Shown piece after piece: positions 1 to 9,414 of a stretch of DNA of 64,000 nucleotides. Each line of letters starts with the position of its first letter. Position 1 is the stretch's first letter. Both the position numbers and the translations under genes were made by a program. This DNA is from a virus (lineage: Duplodnaviria > Caudoviricetes): the IMG/VR virus record IMGVR_UViG_3300021400_001413, positions 1 through 64,000 of that record. One strand, written 5' to 3'. Under the pieces are notes generated by a model. It searched no databases. It worked only from the letters and a program-made list of their open reading frames with translations, and was not told where the DNA came from.

Positions 1-636
1 TTCTACATTAAGCTTCAGATTGAAGTTCACAAATCTGGTCTTCTGAGCTGTATCCAGAGAAGTAACACTAAATTCTCCGTCATCTGGGTTAGTAGTAAGG
101 ACTACTGTCGTATTCTTAGGCAGCTTCCATGAGATATAGCTGGCTGTGTTAATCAACTCCATAGTAGCCTGCATAAACAGAGAATTAGCTCTGGTATAGT
201 CATCAAGCAAAAGGATACAACCATTCTCATTGTCCTCTCTAGGCAACCAAGCAGGTGCTGCATATCCCATTCTAGTTGTACTAGTTACTTGAACTCCTTG
301 AGGTGCTTGAGCCAACATAGACTCAGGCCACCATTTAGTACTAGTATGCTCATTACCTTCTTTATCTTTCCAGGTAGCCTTAAGAAGTACTTCTTTCATA
401 GGAAAGCCAGTCAAATCACCTACCTCCTCAAGCTGACTTAGATTTAACTTACAGAAACTCATTCCACGTTTCTTTGCTACTTCTTCAACAATTGCCGTTT
501 TGCCGATTCCAGCTGCTCCCTCTAAGCCTATAGCTATAGGAGTCAAGCCTTGCTCCTCTAACTGCTTGTTATTATCAAGCAGATAATTTAATACACCAGT
601 GAATTCACTGATAGTCATTTCATTTAATTGTGCCAT
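1..636 (-). CDS. MoxR-like AAA+ ATPase (N-terminal part; runs off window start)
   Basis: Manual translation from ATG at 636: MAQLNEMTISEF...IGLEGAAGIGKT (Walker A)...LNLSQLEEVGDLTGFP...CILLLDDYTRA (Walker B)...VVLTTNP (sensor 1)...RF; open to position 1. Confidence 0.85.
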   Translation of the reverse strand, partial: MAQLNEMTISEFTGVLNYLLDNNKQLEEQGLTPIAIGLEGAAGIGKTAIVEEVAKKRGMSFCKLNLSQLEEVGDLTGFPMKEVLLKATWKDKEGNEHTSTKWWPESMLAQAPQGVQVTSTTRMGYAAPAWLPREDNENGCILLLDDYTRANSLFMQATMELINTASYISWKLPKNTTVVLTTNPDDGEFSVTSLDTAQKTRFVNFNLKLNVE

Positions 637-684
637 GTTTCTTTTTGTTTATTATAAATTTGTTTGTTGTTGTAAGATAATTAT

Positions 685-948
685 TTAAAAAGTAGTTAGG
701 AATACTCTATCATAAAGAGAAAATTTCTTGCTTATATCCTCTTTGAAGAATAATACAAGTCTTCCTGCTGTATACACGTAATCAGAGGATTCTACATAAT
801 TGTAAGTAAGTTGATTTCCTTTATCTACGATAATGTTTTCATTATACTTAGATGCTTTTCTATAGATATTCCCAACACTTACCCAAGGAGGATCTTCAGA
901 ATCCTTCATTATGACCATACTACAATCACCCAGTTCTACTATTCGCAT
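685..948 (-). CDS. hypothetical protein
   Basis: 87-aa ORF tightly packed in the minus-strand gene array. Confidence 0.6.
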   Translation of the reverse strand: MRIVELGDCSMVIMKDSEDPPWVSVGNIYRKASKYNENIIVDKGNQLTYNYVESSDYVYTAGRLVLFFKEDISKKFSLYDRVFLTTF

Positions 949-950
949 AA

Positions 951-1523
951 TTAATCTTCTATATCAAACTTATGAATGTATATAAAATTTTCATCACAAG
1001 CATCAGAATCTTCATAGTCAGAGTTAAATGAATCAACATCCTCTTCATTCTTTACTCTTCCTTCCGTAATATCTTCAAGCCAATCATAAACTCCTTTTTC
1101 AGTAATGAAGTATTCACTTTGGTATTCTCCATCAATACAAGTATCTACCCAATATCTTTCAGGGAAATAAATACCATCCTTGTCATTGGTGCAATAGACC
1201 TCACATCCAGGTTCTTCTACTCGCCAATAAACTTTTATTTCTGAAAATTTCTTTTCAAGCAGCTCATTGAAATCCTGTAGTCCCCATCTTTCTTCAGCCC
1301 AAAAATGAAGAACACCATTATCTAATTCAGGGGCATCACTGATTTCACCACCAAGTCTTTTATTATTAAGCTCATCTTCTGAAAAACCAAGTATCTTACA
1401 AGCTAAATATTCTTCATAAAAAGACTCCTTAGATTCTACAGCCTGTCTTATTGCATTTTGAATCCATTTTAAGGACTCTTCAGGGCCTTCAATAGCATAA
1501 GCCACACTTGCCATATTTGCCAT
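951..1523 (-). CDS. hypothetical protein, possibly DUF1281/Api92-like ferredoxin fold
   Basis: 190 aa, acidic; YAIEG...FWAEERWG...VYWRVEEPG pattern resembles DUF1281 C-terminal family (recalled, not searched). Confidence 0.5.
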   Translation of the reverse strand: MANMASVAYAIEGPEESLKWIQNAIRQAVESKESFYEEYLACKILGFSEDELNNKRLGGEISDAPELDNGVLHFWAEERWGLQDFNELLEKKFSEIKVYWRVEEPGCEVYCTNDKDGIYFPERYWVDTCIDGEYQSEYFITEKGVYDWLEDITEGRVKNEEDVDSFNSDYEDSDACDENFIYIHKFDIED

Positions 1524-1532
1524 AGTATTCTT

Positions 1533-1829
1533 TTAAATTACCGTTATATCTTCTTCAATTTCTCCTTCAAAAGTTCCGTAAGGACATTCTATATCCTCTT
1601 CAATCTCAGCATTATCTCTATAGATGTAGTTCTCAGGATTTTCCAAAATGTTCTCTCTTGCTTCTCTTATAATGGAATCATAAGCTTCCTCATGCTCTTT
1701 TATTACAAGATTGCAGTTGTTAGGATTAAAGTCTTTTGGAACATCTACTACCACTCTTGTTGTAGTGGTAAAAGTTACTAAATAAGATTTCTTCATCATA
1801 ACTATTACTCGCCTAAAGATTCTAACCAT
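1533..1829 (-). CDS. hypothetical protein (true start probably MMKKS near 1798)
   Basis: ORF track, acidic phage-like protein. Confidence 0.6.
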   Translation of the reverse strand: MVRIFRRVIVMMKKSYLVTFTTTTRVVVDVPKDFNPNNCNLVIKEHEEAYDSIIREARENILENPENYIYRDNAEIEEDIECPYGTFEGEIEEDITVI

Positions 1830-1966
1830 TCTTTATTTACCAAATAAGTGCTACTGCCAATGCCCATAAAGTCATTAGGCTCTATCAAAGTAGCATTTTC
1901 ATCAAAGCCCTCTTTATCCATAATATCTTGAATGTCAGGCCAACCTATAATCTCATAATCTTCCAT
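1805..1966 (-). CDS. small hypothetical protein (53 aa, not in ORF track)
   Basis: Manual translation MEDYEIIGWPDIQDIMDKEGFDENATLIEPNDFMGIGSSTYLVNKEWLESLGE*; fills the gap between neighbours. Confidence 0.6.
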   Translation of the reverse strand: MEDYEIIGWPDIQDIMDKEGFDENATLIEPNDFMGIGSSTYLVNKEWLESLGE

Positions 1967-1971
1967 AACTA

Positions 1972-2196
1972 TCAACCATTAATGTTTACTACATTATACT
2001 TATCCCCATAATACGCTTCAAGGAAGGAAGCTGTCATCTCTCCTACTGCCTCATCAGTAAAATTCATCCCTGCCATTATAGTTCTGAATGCATGGCATAT
2101 ATCACTTACAGTAGTATATTTCGTAGGAAATTCAACTGTTATTGTGTTTCTGCCACTTACTTCAGCAGTAATCTTTGTGAATTCTGTATTCTCCAT
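1972..2196 (-). CDS. hypothetical protein
   Basis: 74-aa ORF in operon-like array. Confidence 0.6.
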   Translation of the reverse strand: MENTEFTKITAEVSGRNTITVEFPTKYTTVSDICHAFRTIMAGMNFTDEAVGEMTASFLEAYYGDKYNVVNING

Positions 2197-2198
2197 AT

Positions 2199-2483
2199 TT
2201 ATCCTTTAATAAATAATTTGCATTCACCTTCTTGTACTAAATCCTCATAAACTCCTTCAGCATAATCTTCCCAAGGAGCAACGGGTGTATCCTGAATGAT
2301 ACCTACATGCCCTGATGGATGGTCATAGAGAATAATGTCATTGCCAGCAAACTGCATCTTTAGGAAGTTAGACTCTCCGACACTACTATCTTCTAAGCAT
2401 TCTGAATACAGCTTAGTAACCTTACCTTCTTCAAGCAAATTGAGGAAAGTAATGAAGTCCTTTAAATCAAAATATCTTTTCAT
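2199..2483 (-). CDS. hypothetical protein
   Basis: 94-aa ORF in operon-like array. Confidence 0.6.
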   Translation of the reverse strand: MKRYFDLKDFITFLNLLEEGKVTKLYSECLEDSSVGESNFLKMQFAGNDIILYDHPSGHVGIIQDTPVAPWEDYAEGVYEDLVQEGECKLFIKG

Positions 2484-2548
2484 ATTATCTTAGTTTAACT
2501 TTTTTCAATGTGTACTGATAATATTCTTCCATTACATGGTACATCATT

Positions 2549-2824
2549 TTAATACTTTTCTCTTTCTATTCGTTTTAAAACTTGTGTTACCTTTCGTGAG
2601 TATTTCACTTTCTCACGCCCTCCCTTGTAGTGATACCAATTGCGCCACTCTTCCTTACGGCTCTTATTCTTAGTTCGAGGCTCTTTATCTCTACCACCGC
2701 AAAAGGTCTTACGCTCCAATAGGCTATCCGTGTTCAGCTTGCTGCAATAGTAAAAGCCACGCCCTCCACCATCAGAGGCGAAAAGCCAATGCTTACAGCC
2801 CGCACAGAATATAGTATTTGCCAT
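2549..2824 (-). CDS. Cys-rich basic hypothetical protein
   Basis: CAGCKHW...YYCSKL...FCGG; basic C-terminus. Confidence 0.55.
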   Translation of the reverse strand: MANTIFCAGCKHWLFASDGGGRGFYYCSKLNTDSLLERKTFCGGRDKEPRTKNKSRKEEWRNWYHYKGGREKVKYSRKVTQVLKRIEREKY

Positions 2825-2898
2825 AATTTAACCTATTAATTCTTTTTTAATAGTGCGGTAATCTCTGCCTCCTACAAATAGTAATCTACAATGTGCCA

Positions 2899-3075
2899 TT
2901 ATACCAAGACTTCGTTATGAAAAGTTATAGTACAAGCTCCAAACATCCACTGACAGTTACTGGCATTATGCCCAAGTGACCGAAGGAGTTCTTCTATGTT
3001 AGTCCCATCAAGATTGTCTGTTGGATATATATCTACTTCTCCAGTACTAAAATCTAAAATTGTTAAATATTCCAT
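2899..3075 (-). CDS. small hypothetical protein (likely start MEYLTILDF)
   Basis: ORF track 2899..3174; downstream ATG at 3075 avoids overlap with the next gene. Confidence 0.5.
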   Translation of the reverse strand: MEYLTILDFSTGEVDIYPTDNLDGTNIEELLRSLGHNASNCQWMFGACTITFHNEVLV

Positions 3076-3076
3076 A

Positions 3077-3208
3077 TCACTTTTCTTTAAATGAATAGAT
3101 GTGTTCTTTACAAATTGGACATATAAGATACCTCCCCCAAGAGTTACTGATAATGTCTTTAGAATGATACTCAAAGCAATTCTGACATTTAAAGCATTTC
3201 TTTATCAT
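3077..3208 (-). CDS. small zinc-ribbon protein
   Basis: MIKKCFKCQNC...LICPICKEH; two CxxC pairs. Confidence 0.5.
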   Translation of the reverse strand: MIKKCFKCQNCFEYHSKDIISNSWGRYLICPICKEHIYSFKEK

Positions 3209-3340
3209 ATTCTTCCTCCAATACTTTCTTTTTATTATCACGGAATATAAATTCCCACATAAGGTAGAATTCAAAGAAGATTAAGGCAATAAATCCTACA
3301 ATGATCCCGATAATTACTGAAATTAAATAGGCCATCATAC

Positions 3341-3598
3341 TTAATCCTCCTCATGCAATATACCAAGCTCATGAAGTGTTTGGGCCTTAGTTACCTTTTC
3401 CCAACTACAACAATGCTTACAATGAAAATAATGATACCCGTTATCCTCTCTTTCTCTATAGCCTCTATAATACATAATATGCCCACAATTCTTACATCTT
3501 CTGAAGAAGAACCAGAAGGTATAGCGGCTTATTATTATAAAGGTAAGAAGAGAGAACCCTAAGATAATACCTACAACCACAATTAAAAAGAACTTCAT
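3341..3598 (-). CDS. membrane-anchored zinc-ribbon protein
   Basis: N-terminal hydrophobic helix, then CKNCGH and HCKHCC. Confidence 0.55.
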   Translation of the reverse strand: MKFFLIVVVGIILGFSLLTFIIISRYTFWFFFRRCKNCGHIMYYRGYREREDNGYHYFHCKHCCSWEKVTKAQTLHELGILHEED

Positions 3599-3610
3599 AT
3601 TTTGATGTTT

Positions 3611-3859
3611 TTAGCTATTTTCAAATTCTGACTGACATTTATCATAGAGTTGTTCTACAAATTGCTGATAGACAATTGATGGCTTATAGCCTCTTTTATG
3701 TGCCTCTTCTAAGGAAATCTCAATAGTAGCTCTCTTACACCATGTAGGGTAATACATATACCCTTTCCTACTGATATACACAGTGTCAGGTATTTCAAGG
3801 GAAACCATACTATCTGCCTCAATGTCATCGAGGCCAACTCTTTTCTCAATCTCAGTCAT
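3611..3859 (-). CDS. hypothetical protein
   Basis: 82-aa ORF in array. Confidence 0.6.
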   Translation of the reverse strand: MTEIEKRVGLDDIEADSMVSLEIPDTVYISRKGYMYYPTWCKRATIEISLEEAHKRGYKPSIVYQQFVEQLYDKCQSEFENS

Positions 3860-3870
3860 AATATTGTTAT

Positions 3871-4326
3871 TTAATCGTTTATAAACTCTGTTTCATCCTC
3901 ACACCAGTCATCACATTCTTCAATAAGATGTTTTAATCTCCTTACCTCGGCAACTTTAGCATAAGGCTGTTTAGTATCAACAGGAGCATTCTCAAGGTCT
4001 TTCAGTTCCTTCTCAACTCTCATTTTAAGCATACCAATAAGCTGGAGTGGGGTATAATGACCATTCTCCTTATACTCATCACTCCAAGATGTATCAGAAG
4101 TATCATCAGGGTCTTGCCATCCTACAGTGCTATAGCCCCCTTCACCATCACTTTCATAATCACATCCTGAGGCTCCAGGAATATAATTATTAGTAGTTAC
4201 TGCTACAGTTTTACTTAATGTTTGAACACAAGTAACATCAAAGTCTTTCTCTGGAACTTCTGGTTCATTCCAAGGGGTTCCTGGTGTCCAGTCAGAAAGC
4301 CCCTCAGGGTAGTTTGATAAATTCAT
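3871..4326 (-). CDS. hypothetical protein
   Basis: 151-aa acidic ORF. Confidence 0.65.
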   Translation of the reverse strand: MNLSNYPEGLSDWTPGTPWNEPEVPEKDFDVTCVQTLSKTVAVTTNNYIPGASGCDYESDGEGGYSTVGWQDPDDTSDTSWSDEYKENGHYTPLQLIGMLKMRVEKELKDLENAPVDTKQPYAKVAEVRRLKHLIEECDDWCEDETEFIND

Positions 4327-4347
4327 TTTGCTTGATTGTTATAAAAA

Positions 4348-5832
4348 TTAATTATTACCTTGATTTATGTCTTTTGGTATATATACCGTTTTTCCTGGGA
4401 AATCCTGATGACATCCCATAGAAGAGATTACCCATACCATACCTTGAGGATGCTTAACAGGTAATGGAGCCTCACCATCAGTAAAGTAAATAAGAGAAGC
4501 ATACTCCTTCTTATGCTTTACATAATAATTTACAGGTTCATTAAAGTCTGTACCTCCTCTTCCTTTAATTTCAGGGATATTATTGCCATTGTATTCCTCA
4601 ACAGCATTAATCTGGGTATCACACTGAAGTATAGTGATTCTTGCACCAGCCTTATAAGCATAGTCAATCTCAGAGAAGAACTCTTGAAGCTCTTTAGTAG
4701 ATACTGAGCCTGAAGTATCAACAGCTACAAGAATACTTACTTTCTTCTTATGCTGAATACCAGCTGCTTCATCAAATCTCTTAGATACCTTTCTTCTTGT
4801 ACTACGGATATTTACATCGTAGATAGAACCAAGGAGCCTTCTGAAATAGGCTTTCCAATTGAACACCTCAGGCTTCTTCTGCCTGAGTTTCTCAATAATT
4901 TCTGAGAATTCTCCAGGAATAGTTCCTCTCATCTTCTCTACTTGCTCTACTGTATTCTTTAGAATAGTATTAATATTATTTTGCATCAGCTGCTTAGTAG
5001 CCTCAGGCATATTATCAAAATCATCCCAAGTGGAATGATCATCAAACTGCTTAATTTCAGCTTTAAACTCATCAGGATATTGGGACTCTTGTTCTTCCTG
5101 AGAATCCTGCCCTTCATCCTCACCCCTCTCTTGCTGCCTCTGTGATTGCTTTTGAGAATTATCATTCTCTTCCTTATTATCGGGTTGAGATTGGAGGTTC
5201 TCCTGAGGTGACGATGGTTGTTGCTTCTTTTCCTGAGAATTATCATCTTGGGGAGCTTCAGAGGGAGAAGGTGAAGAAGGAGAATTCTGAGATGGATTCT
5301 GAGAATTGTCTGAAGAGTTCTGAGAATTCTGTTGAGAATTCTGAGAATTTCCTCCCTGACCACCATTACAAGGCATCTGAGGATTCTGTGCTTGAGCTTG
5401 CTGCTGTTGCTGATTCAGATAATCTTGAATAGCCTCATAGTACTTCTTTGTGCCCATTCCTGATTCAAGCTGCTTGCCAATTTTGCTACATAGCCATTTA
5501 TAAGTACAAGCACTATTAGGAAGATTCTCAATATAAGAATTTACTTCACAGTCAGCTGATACATTAAACATTTTCTGGTCAGCAAAGCTTTTACTCATGA
5601 ATACATGCTGAAAACAGATATGTCCAAGCTCATGTTGGAGTAATGCAAGCTGTTCATCATCAGTATGCTGCTCCCAAAAATCAGGATTGATATTTAACTG
5701 ACAATTAATACCTTGCTTTGTTACTGCTAAGGTAGGTACTTTTCTTGTAATTACCTTAGGTAAACTAAGACAAAATAATCCATAAAAAGGATTACGTATC
5801 AATAGTCTTTTAAATGCTTTTTCTACTTCCAT
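4348..5832 (-). CDS. DUF2201-type putative metallopeptidase with C-terminal VWA domain (MoxR partner)
   Basis: HELGH (HExxH) in N-terminal domain; Q/S/N-rich linker; MIDAS motif VAVDTSGSVS, GRGGTDF and IYFTDG. Confidence 0.85.
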   Translation of the reverse strand: MEVEKAFKRLLIRNPFYGLFCLSLPKVITRKVPTLAVTKQGINCQLNINPDFWEQHTDDEQLALLQHELGHICFQHVFMSKSFADQKMFNVSADCEVNSYIENLPNSACTYKWLCSKIGKQLESGMGTKKYYEAIQDYLNQQQQQAQAQNPQMPCNGGQGGNSQNSQQNSQNSSDNSQNPSQNSPSSPSPSEAPQDDNSQEKKQQPSSPQENLQSQPDNKEENDNSQKQSQRQQERGEDEGQDSQEEQESQYPDEFKAEIKQFDDHSTWDDFDNMPEATKQLMQNNINTILKNTVEQVEKMRGTIPGEFSEIIEKLRQKKPEVFNWKAYFRRLLGSIYDVNIRSTRRKVSKRFDEAAGIQHKKKVSILVAVDTSGSVSTKELQEFFSEIDYAYKAGARITILQCDTQINAVEEYNGNNIPEIKGRGGTDFNEPVNYYVKHKKEYASLIYFTDGEAPLPVKHPQGMVWVISSMGCHQDFPGKTVYIPKDINQGNN

Positions 5833-5914
5833 ATTTAATAATTCGTCACGTTTAAATTACACACTCCCACATTCTCTAAGAGTTTTTTACTTTGTAAAAT
5901 CGAAGTATAATGTT

Positions 5915-6394
5915 TCATGCCTTTTTCCTTTCTTTATAGTCTTTATATCGCTTCAACACTTCTTTGTATATTTCTTCATCATTCATAAGAGCGTGGTTTT
6001 GCTTGAAGAAATCATCAACTAACTTTTCTATTGTCGCCAAATCTTCCCAAGTCAATTCCAAGTCTTGCTCTGCTTGTTCATACCCATCTATAAAAGCATC
6101 CCGTACTTCATTCGCAGTATATTCTGCTCTATTTAATGGGTCTGTCCCGTAGCCTGAATTTTGTGCTCTTTCTTCTGCCTTGCTCATATTTAGTCCTCCT
6201 TTATATGGTTTAACGAATAACGTACAAGAATTACTATCAATAACGGAGAGATGTTCAAATGAAAACACTCGCTCAACCACCTCGTACCACTCACCTTTAA
6301 GCATTAAACATTCACCTTTATTTGGTACGACATTAAAATCCTCCGTTTGAAACATTACGTCCTCTGTCTCGTAATCTTGAATAAATAGCGTCAT
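5915..6394 (-). CDS. hypothetical protein
   Basis: 159-aa ORF. Confidence 0.55.
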   Translation of the reverse strand: MTLFIQDYETEDVMFQTEDFNVVPNKGECLMLKGEWYEVVERVFSFEHLSVIDSNSCTLFVKPYKGGLNMSKAEERAQNSGYGTDPLNRAEYTANEVRDAFIDGYEQAEQDLELTWEDLATIEKLVDDFFKQNHALMNDEEIYKEVLKRYKDYKERKKA

Positions 6395-6397
6395 GCG

Positions 6398-6544
6398 TCA
6401 GTCCTCCTTAATTTGTCTTTTAAAAAACATTGTTGCTGTATAACCAGCACGCCCGATAACTGCGACAAGTTCCCATCCGAGTTTGCCAAGTTCATTCATA
6501 GCAGCCTCACTTAATCCTCCAGTTTTCTTATATTCCCATTTCAT
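6398..6544 (-). CDS. DUF4177-like small protein (48 aa, not in ORF track)
   Basis: Manual translation MKWEYKKTGGLSEAAMNELGKLGWELVAVIGRAGYTATMFFKRQIKED*; WEYK...N.LG..GWELV...FKR signature. Confidence 0.65.
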   Translation of the reverse strand: MKWEYKKTGGLSEAAMNELGKLGWELVAVIGRAGYTATMFFKRQIKED

Positions 6545-6546
6545 AT

Positions 6547-7011
6547 TCAGCCCTCCTTAATTAGAATTACCTTATACTTATCACCTTCTTTCGCCAAGGG
6601 AATATCCTTGTCATAGTCGTAGATTTCTATCTGCGGGATATACGGATAGCCGCCAGCATCAACCTTTACTTCATGCTTACCAGTCTCTTCCACCAGCTTT
6701 GTTATTTGCCACTCAGCACCAGCCTTGAAAGCATACATCAATGGTGCATAGCAACCTCTACATCTATCAGGAAGAGTTGCTGGACTTTTACGGCTGTATT
6801 CTTCTTTAGCATACCTACTTGCAGCTTCTTCCAAATCCTCGCTTACAGGCTCTTTCTGTAAGATGTCGATATAAGCATCAAGATTGCACAAGGTGTTGTA
6901 AGAAGCCTCGTCTGCCGCAGTTTTGAAGTTGCCATTGGTATCCATAAGACCGTCCTGCTTCTTGCTTATCCACTCTTTGATTTTCTTTATTTTATCCATA
7001 TTATTTTCCAT
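6547..7011 (-). CDS. hypothetical protein
   Basis: 154-aa ORF; YAFKAGAEWQ motif common in Bacteroidota phage small proteins. Confidence 0.6.
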   Translation of the reverse strand: MENNMDKIKKIKEWISKKQDGLMDTNGNFKTAADEASYNTLCNLDAYIDILQKEPVSEDLEEAASRYAKEEYSRKSPATLPDRCRGCYAPLMYAFKAGAEWQITKLVEETGKHEVKVDAGGYPYIPQIEIYDYDKDIPLAKEGDKYKVILIKEG

Positions 7012-7019
7012 TTCAGTAC

Positions 7020-7247
7020 TTATTTAATTATGGGGTTGAGAATAAAATATCCTACTAATGATAATATACCAAGAATAGAACCTACTATATCTATAGTTAA
7101 TACAAGATAGGTAATATCAAACATCCCATCATTCTTAAAACCATACCAAGACCAACTACTATGCTTATATCTATACCTTTCAATAAAGAAAAGTATTATA
7201 TGAAGCATAAGCCACACAATGCAAAATCTAAATATTACACTTTCCAT
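7020..7247 (-). CDS. small membrane protein
   Basis: Two hydrophobic segments in 75 aa. Confidence 0.55.
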   Translation of the reverse strand: MESVIFRFCIVWLMLHIILFFIERYRYKHSSWSWYGFKNDGMFDITYLVLTIDIVGSILGILSLVGYFILNPIIK

Positions 7248-7250
7248 AAC

Positions 7251-7487
7251 TTATTCTCCTTCCAAATATTTTTTAAAATCCTCAATAAACTCATCTATTT
7301 TATAACTCTCCTTTCCATCTACATCTAAATATGTCATATCAAGAACCATATTCTTAATATAAAAACAAGCCTTTTCAATAAAGACATCTGTTCTGACATA
7401 CTCAATAGAATCCTCTTCCTTATATCTGACCGTATTAGCCGCCAATATAGTAGGTATATAAATCTTTTCTGGTGCGTTTACTTTCAT
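7251..7487 (-). CDS. hypothetical protein
   Basis: 78-aa ORF overlapping the next stop/start by 4 nt. Confidence 0.6.
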   Translation of the reverse strand: MKVNAPEKIYIPTILAANTVRYKEEDSIEYVRTDVFIEKACFYIKNMVLDMTYLDVDGKESYKIDEFIEDFKKYLEGE

Positions 7488-7984
7488 AACCTTATTACTT
7501 TTTTAAACGTCCACAGGTCTGATTTTTTTACCCTGATAAGCTCTCTGTCCTTATGCTCATCATATGTACCATCTCTTAGTTTTTCCTCTTGCTCATCAGT
7601 AACAAGAGCATACATCCCTGAATAATAAGATTTCGTGCATTTACCATATTGACAATCCTTATTTGAGCAGCTGTGCTCATACTGCAAAGGAGAGGTACAG
7701 ATAGCACCACCATCGGGTTTTAGAATACTTCCACATTCAGGGCAACGAAGTACAATATGAATCGGGTGTCTTGGTGCAACGTCTTCAATATTTATAATAG
7801 CTTTAGGAAATGGTTTAAATTCAAATCTTTCTTCCACTTCCTTTTCACCTAAACAAATTTCAGTTTTTCTCTCTTTGTCATCCCATTCAGCCAAAGTGAT
7901 TTCAACTCCTTTTGATGAGCTTGACCATGTCGTTCTTCTCCACCACTTACCTGTGGATTTTTCGATGTACCTTGTTCTTTCCAT
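7484..7984 (-). CDS. hypothetical protein with zinc ribbon
   Basis: LRCPECGS...HSCSNKDC. Confidence 0.6.
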   Translation of the reverse strand: MERTRYIEKSTGKWWRRTTWSSSSKGVEITLAEWDDKERKTEICLGEKEVEERFEFKPFPKAIINIEDVAPRHPIHIVLRCPECGSILKPDGGAICTSPLQYEHSCSNKDCQYGKCTKSYYSGMYALVTDEQEEKLRDGTYDEHKDRELIRVKKSDLWTFKKVIRL

Positions 7985-7995
7985 AAGTTTATTCT

Positions 7996-8202
7996 TTAAT
8001 CATCAATTAAATCAAGAAATTTACAACAAGAGGCTTCGCAACTAAAGGTGTCGGAATCTAAATCATTTCTTTGTCTGTATATCGACAATTCTTCCATTAC
8101 CTCATGTGCAAGGTCTGCTGCTTGTTTGATAACATCATTAATATCAAGACCATCAAGAGTCACTATAGATGATGCAGTAGTTGTAACTTTAAGCTGTTTC
8201 AT
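7996..8202 (-). CDS. hypothetical protein
   Basis: 68-aa ORF in array. Confidence 0.5.
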   Translation of the reverse strand: MKQLKVTTTASSIVTLDGLDINDVIKQAADLAHEVMEELSIYRQRNDLDSDTFSCEASCCKFLDLIDD

Positions 8203-8235
8203 AACTTATACCTCCCTTAGTTTCTCTAATTGCAA

Positions 8236-8619
8236 TCACAATAAATTTAATTCGTACAACTTCAGTATTATTTCATAACAAGCATCGACAGGATTGTCAG
8301 TTCTTGCAGTATAAATATTACGATATCCTATGTGCCATAATGCAGCAGATGTCTCGATAAATAGTGTTTCGTTATTAACAATCTTAGGCAGAACACCAAG
8401 CAATGCTGCAAGACTCCAACAAGGAATATGTTCATCAAAGACAGGAACTATTGTTCCATCTTCTCTTTCTGTATATCCTTCATGATATGAACCAACAAGA
8501 ATATTATAATCATCTTCAAAATCACATCTAAGATATACCATATCTGAACTTTCAAGTGGAAGTATCTTACTCAAAGCCTTACTCTGAGAAAGGTCTGTAA
8601 ACGATTTAATTGTTGCCAT
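8236..8619 (-). CDS. hypothetical protein
   Basis: 127 aa; IPCWSLAALL...PVDACYE motif recurrent in Bacteroidota phages. Confidence 0.65.
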   Translation of the reverse strand: MATIKSFTDLSQSKALSKILPLESSDMVYLRCDFEDDYNILVGSYHEGYTEREDGTIVPVFDEHIPCWSLAALLGVLPKIVNNETLFIETSAALWHIGYRNIYTARTDNPVDACYEIILKLYELNLL

Positions 8620-8621
8620 AG

Positions 8622-8873
8622 TTATACCTCTTTATCTAAAAGTGTTGCCTCAAATATCTTCTTACCACCTTTGGTTATTACCAGCATATCATCATTATTC
8701 TCTTCGCACCATTGGCGAAGATAGTGCTCAAAACAGCCAATCATCTCACTTTTTGTGATAGGTCTGCGGTCTTCACTTATTGTCTGTACTCCTTTCTTCG
8801 TGGGTTTCTTCTTCTTAGCAAGATAAAGCGTACCCAAACATCCCTCTACAATTTCATAATCTTTTGCTGCCAT
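8622..8873 (-). CDS. hypothetical protein
   Basis: 83-aa ORF in array. Confidence 0.6.
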   Translation of the reverse strand: MAAKDYEIVEGCLGTLYLAKKKKPTKKGVQTISEDRRPITKSEMIGCFEHYLRQWCEENNDDMLVITKGGKKIFEATLLDKEV

Positions 8874-8875
8874 AG

Positions 8876-9409
8876 TTATTTCTTTTTTATATTATACATT
8901 CCATCATGTGCTTCAAGAGCAAGACCTTCCTCAATAAGCCCACGATAATCAAAATGGTGCGCATTAAGCCAATCAATTGCATCCATTGAGAATACTGATG
9001 GATATTTAATGCCATTTCCATCGTCAGTATATACATTGTCTATTTCAATGCAATATGAAGTGCTTATATGTCCCTCCCAATCTTCCTCACAATATCTTTT
9101 AACTAATAATTTACTGAACTTGATTCGTTCTTCCTCAGTCATACTTGACATTGGACGGAGATAAGGTTTACACTCGCTAATAGAACATATGTTTTGCTCT
9201 GGGCCACAAGGATATATTGTAATAAAAGAATAAACCCAAGCAGTATATGGTTTATTTGTTGTTATTCCCCAAATATCACCAATACAAGTTTCACTATTAG
9301 GTTTGTGAGCATCTGAATATTTTACATTAATTCTTACCTGCGCTTTTACCCCATAAGGCAACCTTGCACAAAGGTCTTTGAGCAGTAGCTCTCTATCTTC
9401 TTGTTTCAT
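8876..9409 (-). CDS. hypothetical protein
   Basis: 177 aa; LLKDLCARLPYGV...KPYLRPMSSMTEEE...WLNAHHFDYRGLIE motif recurrent in Bacteroidota phages. Confidence 0.7.
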   Translation of the reverse strand: MKQEDRELLLKDLCARLPYGVKAQVRINVKYSDAHKPNSETCIGDIWGITTNKPYTAWVYSFITIYPCGPEQNICSISECKPYLRPMSSMTEEERIKFSKLLVKRYCEEDWEGHISTSYCIEIDNVYTDDGNGIKYPSVFSMDAIDWLNAHHFDYRGLIEEGLALEAHDGMYNIKKK

Positions 9410-9414
9410 ATTAG

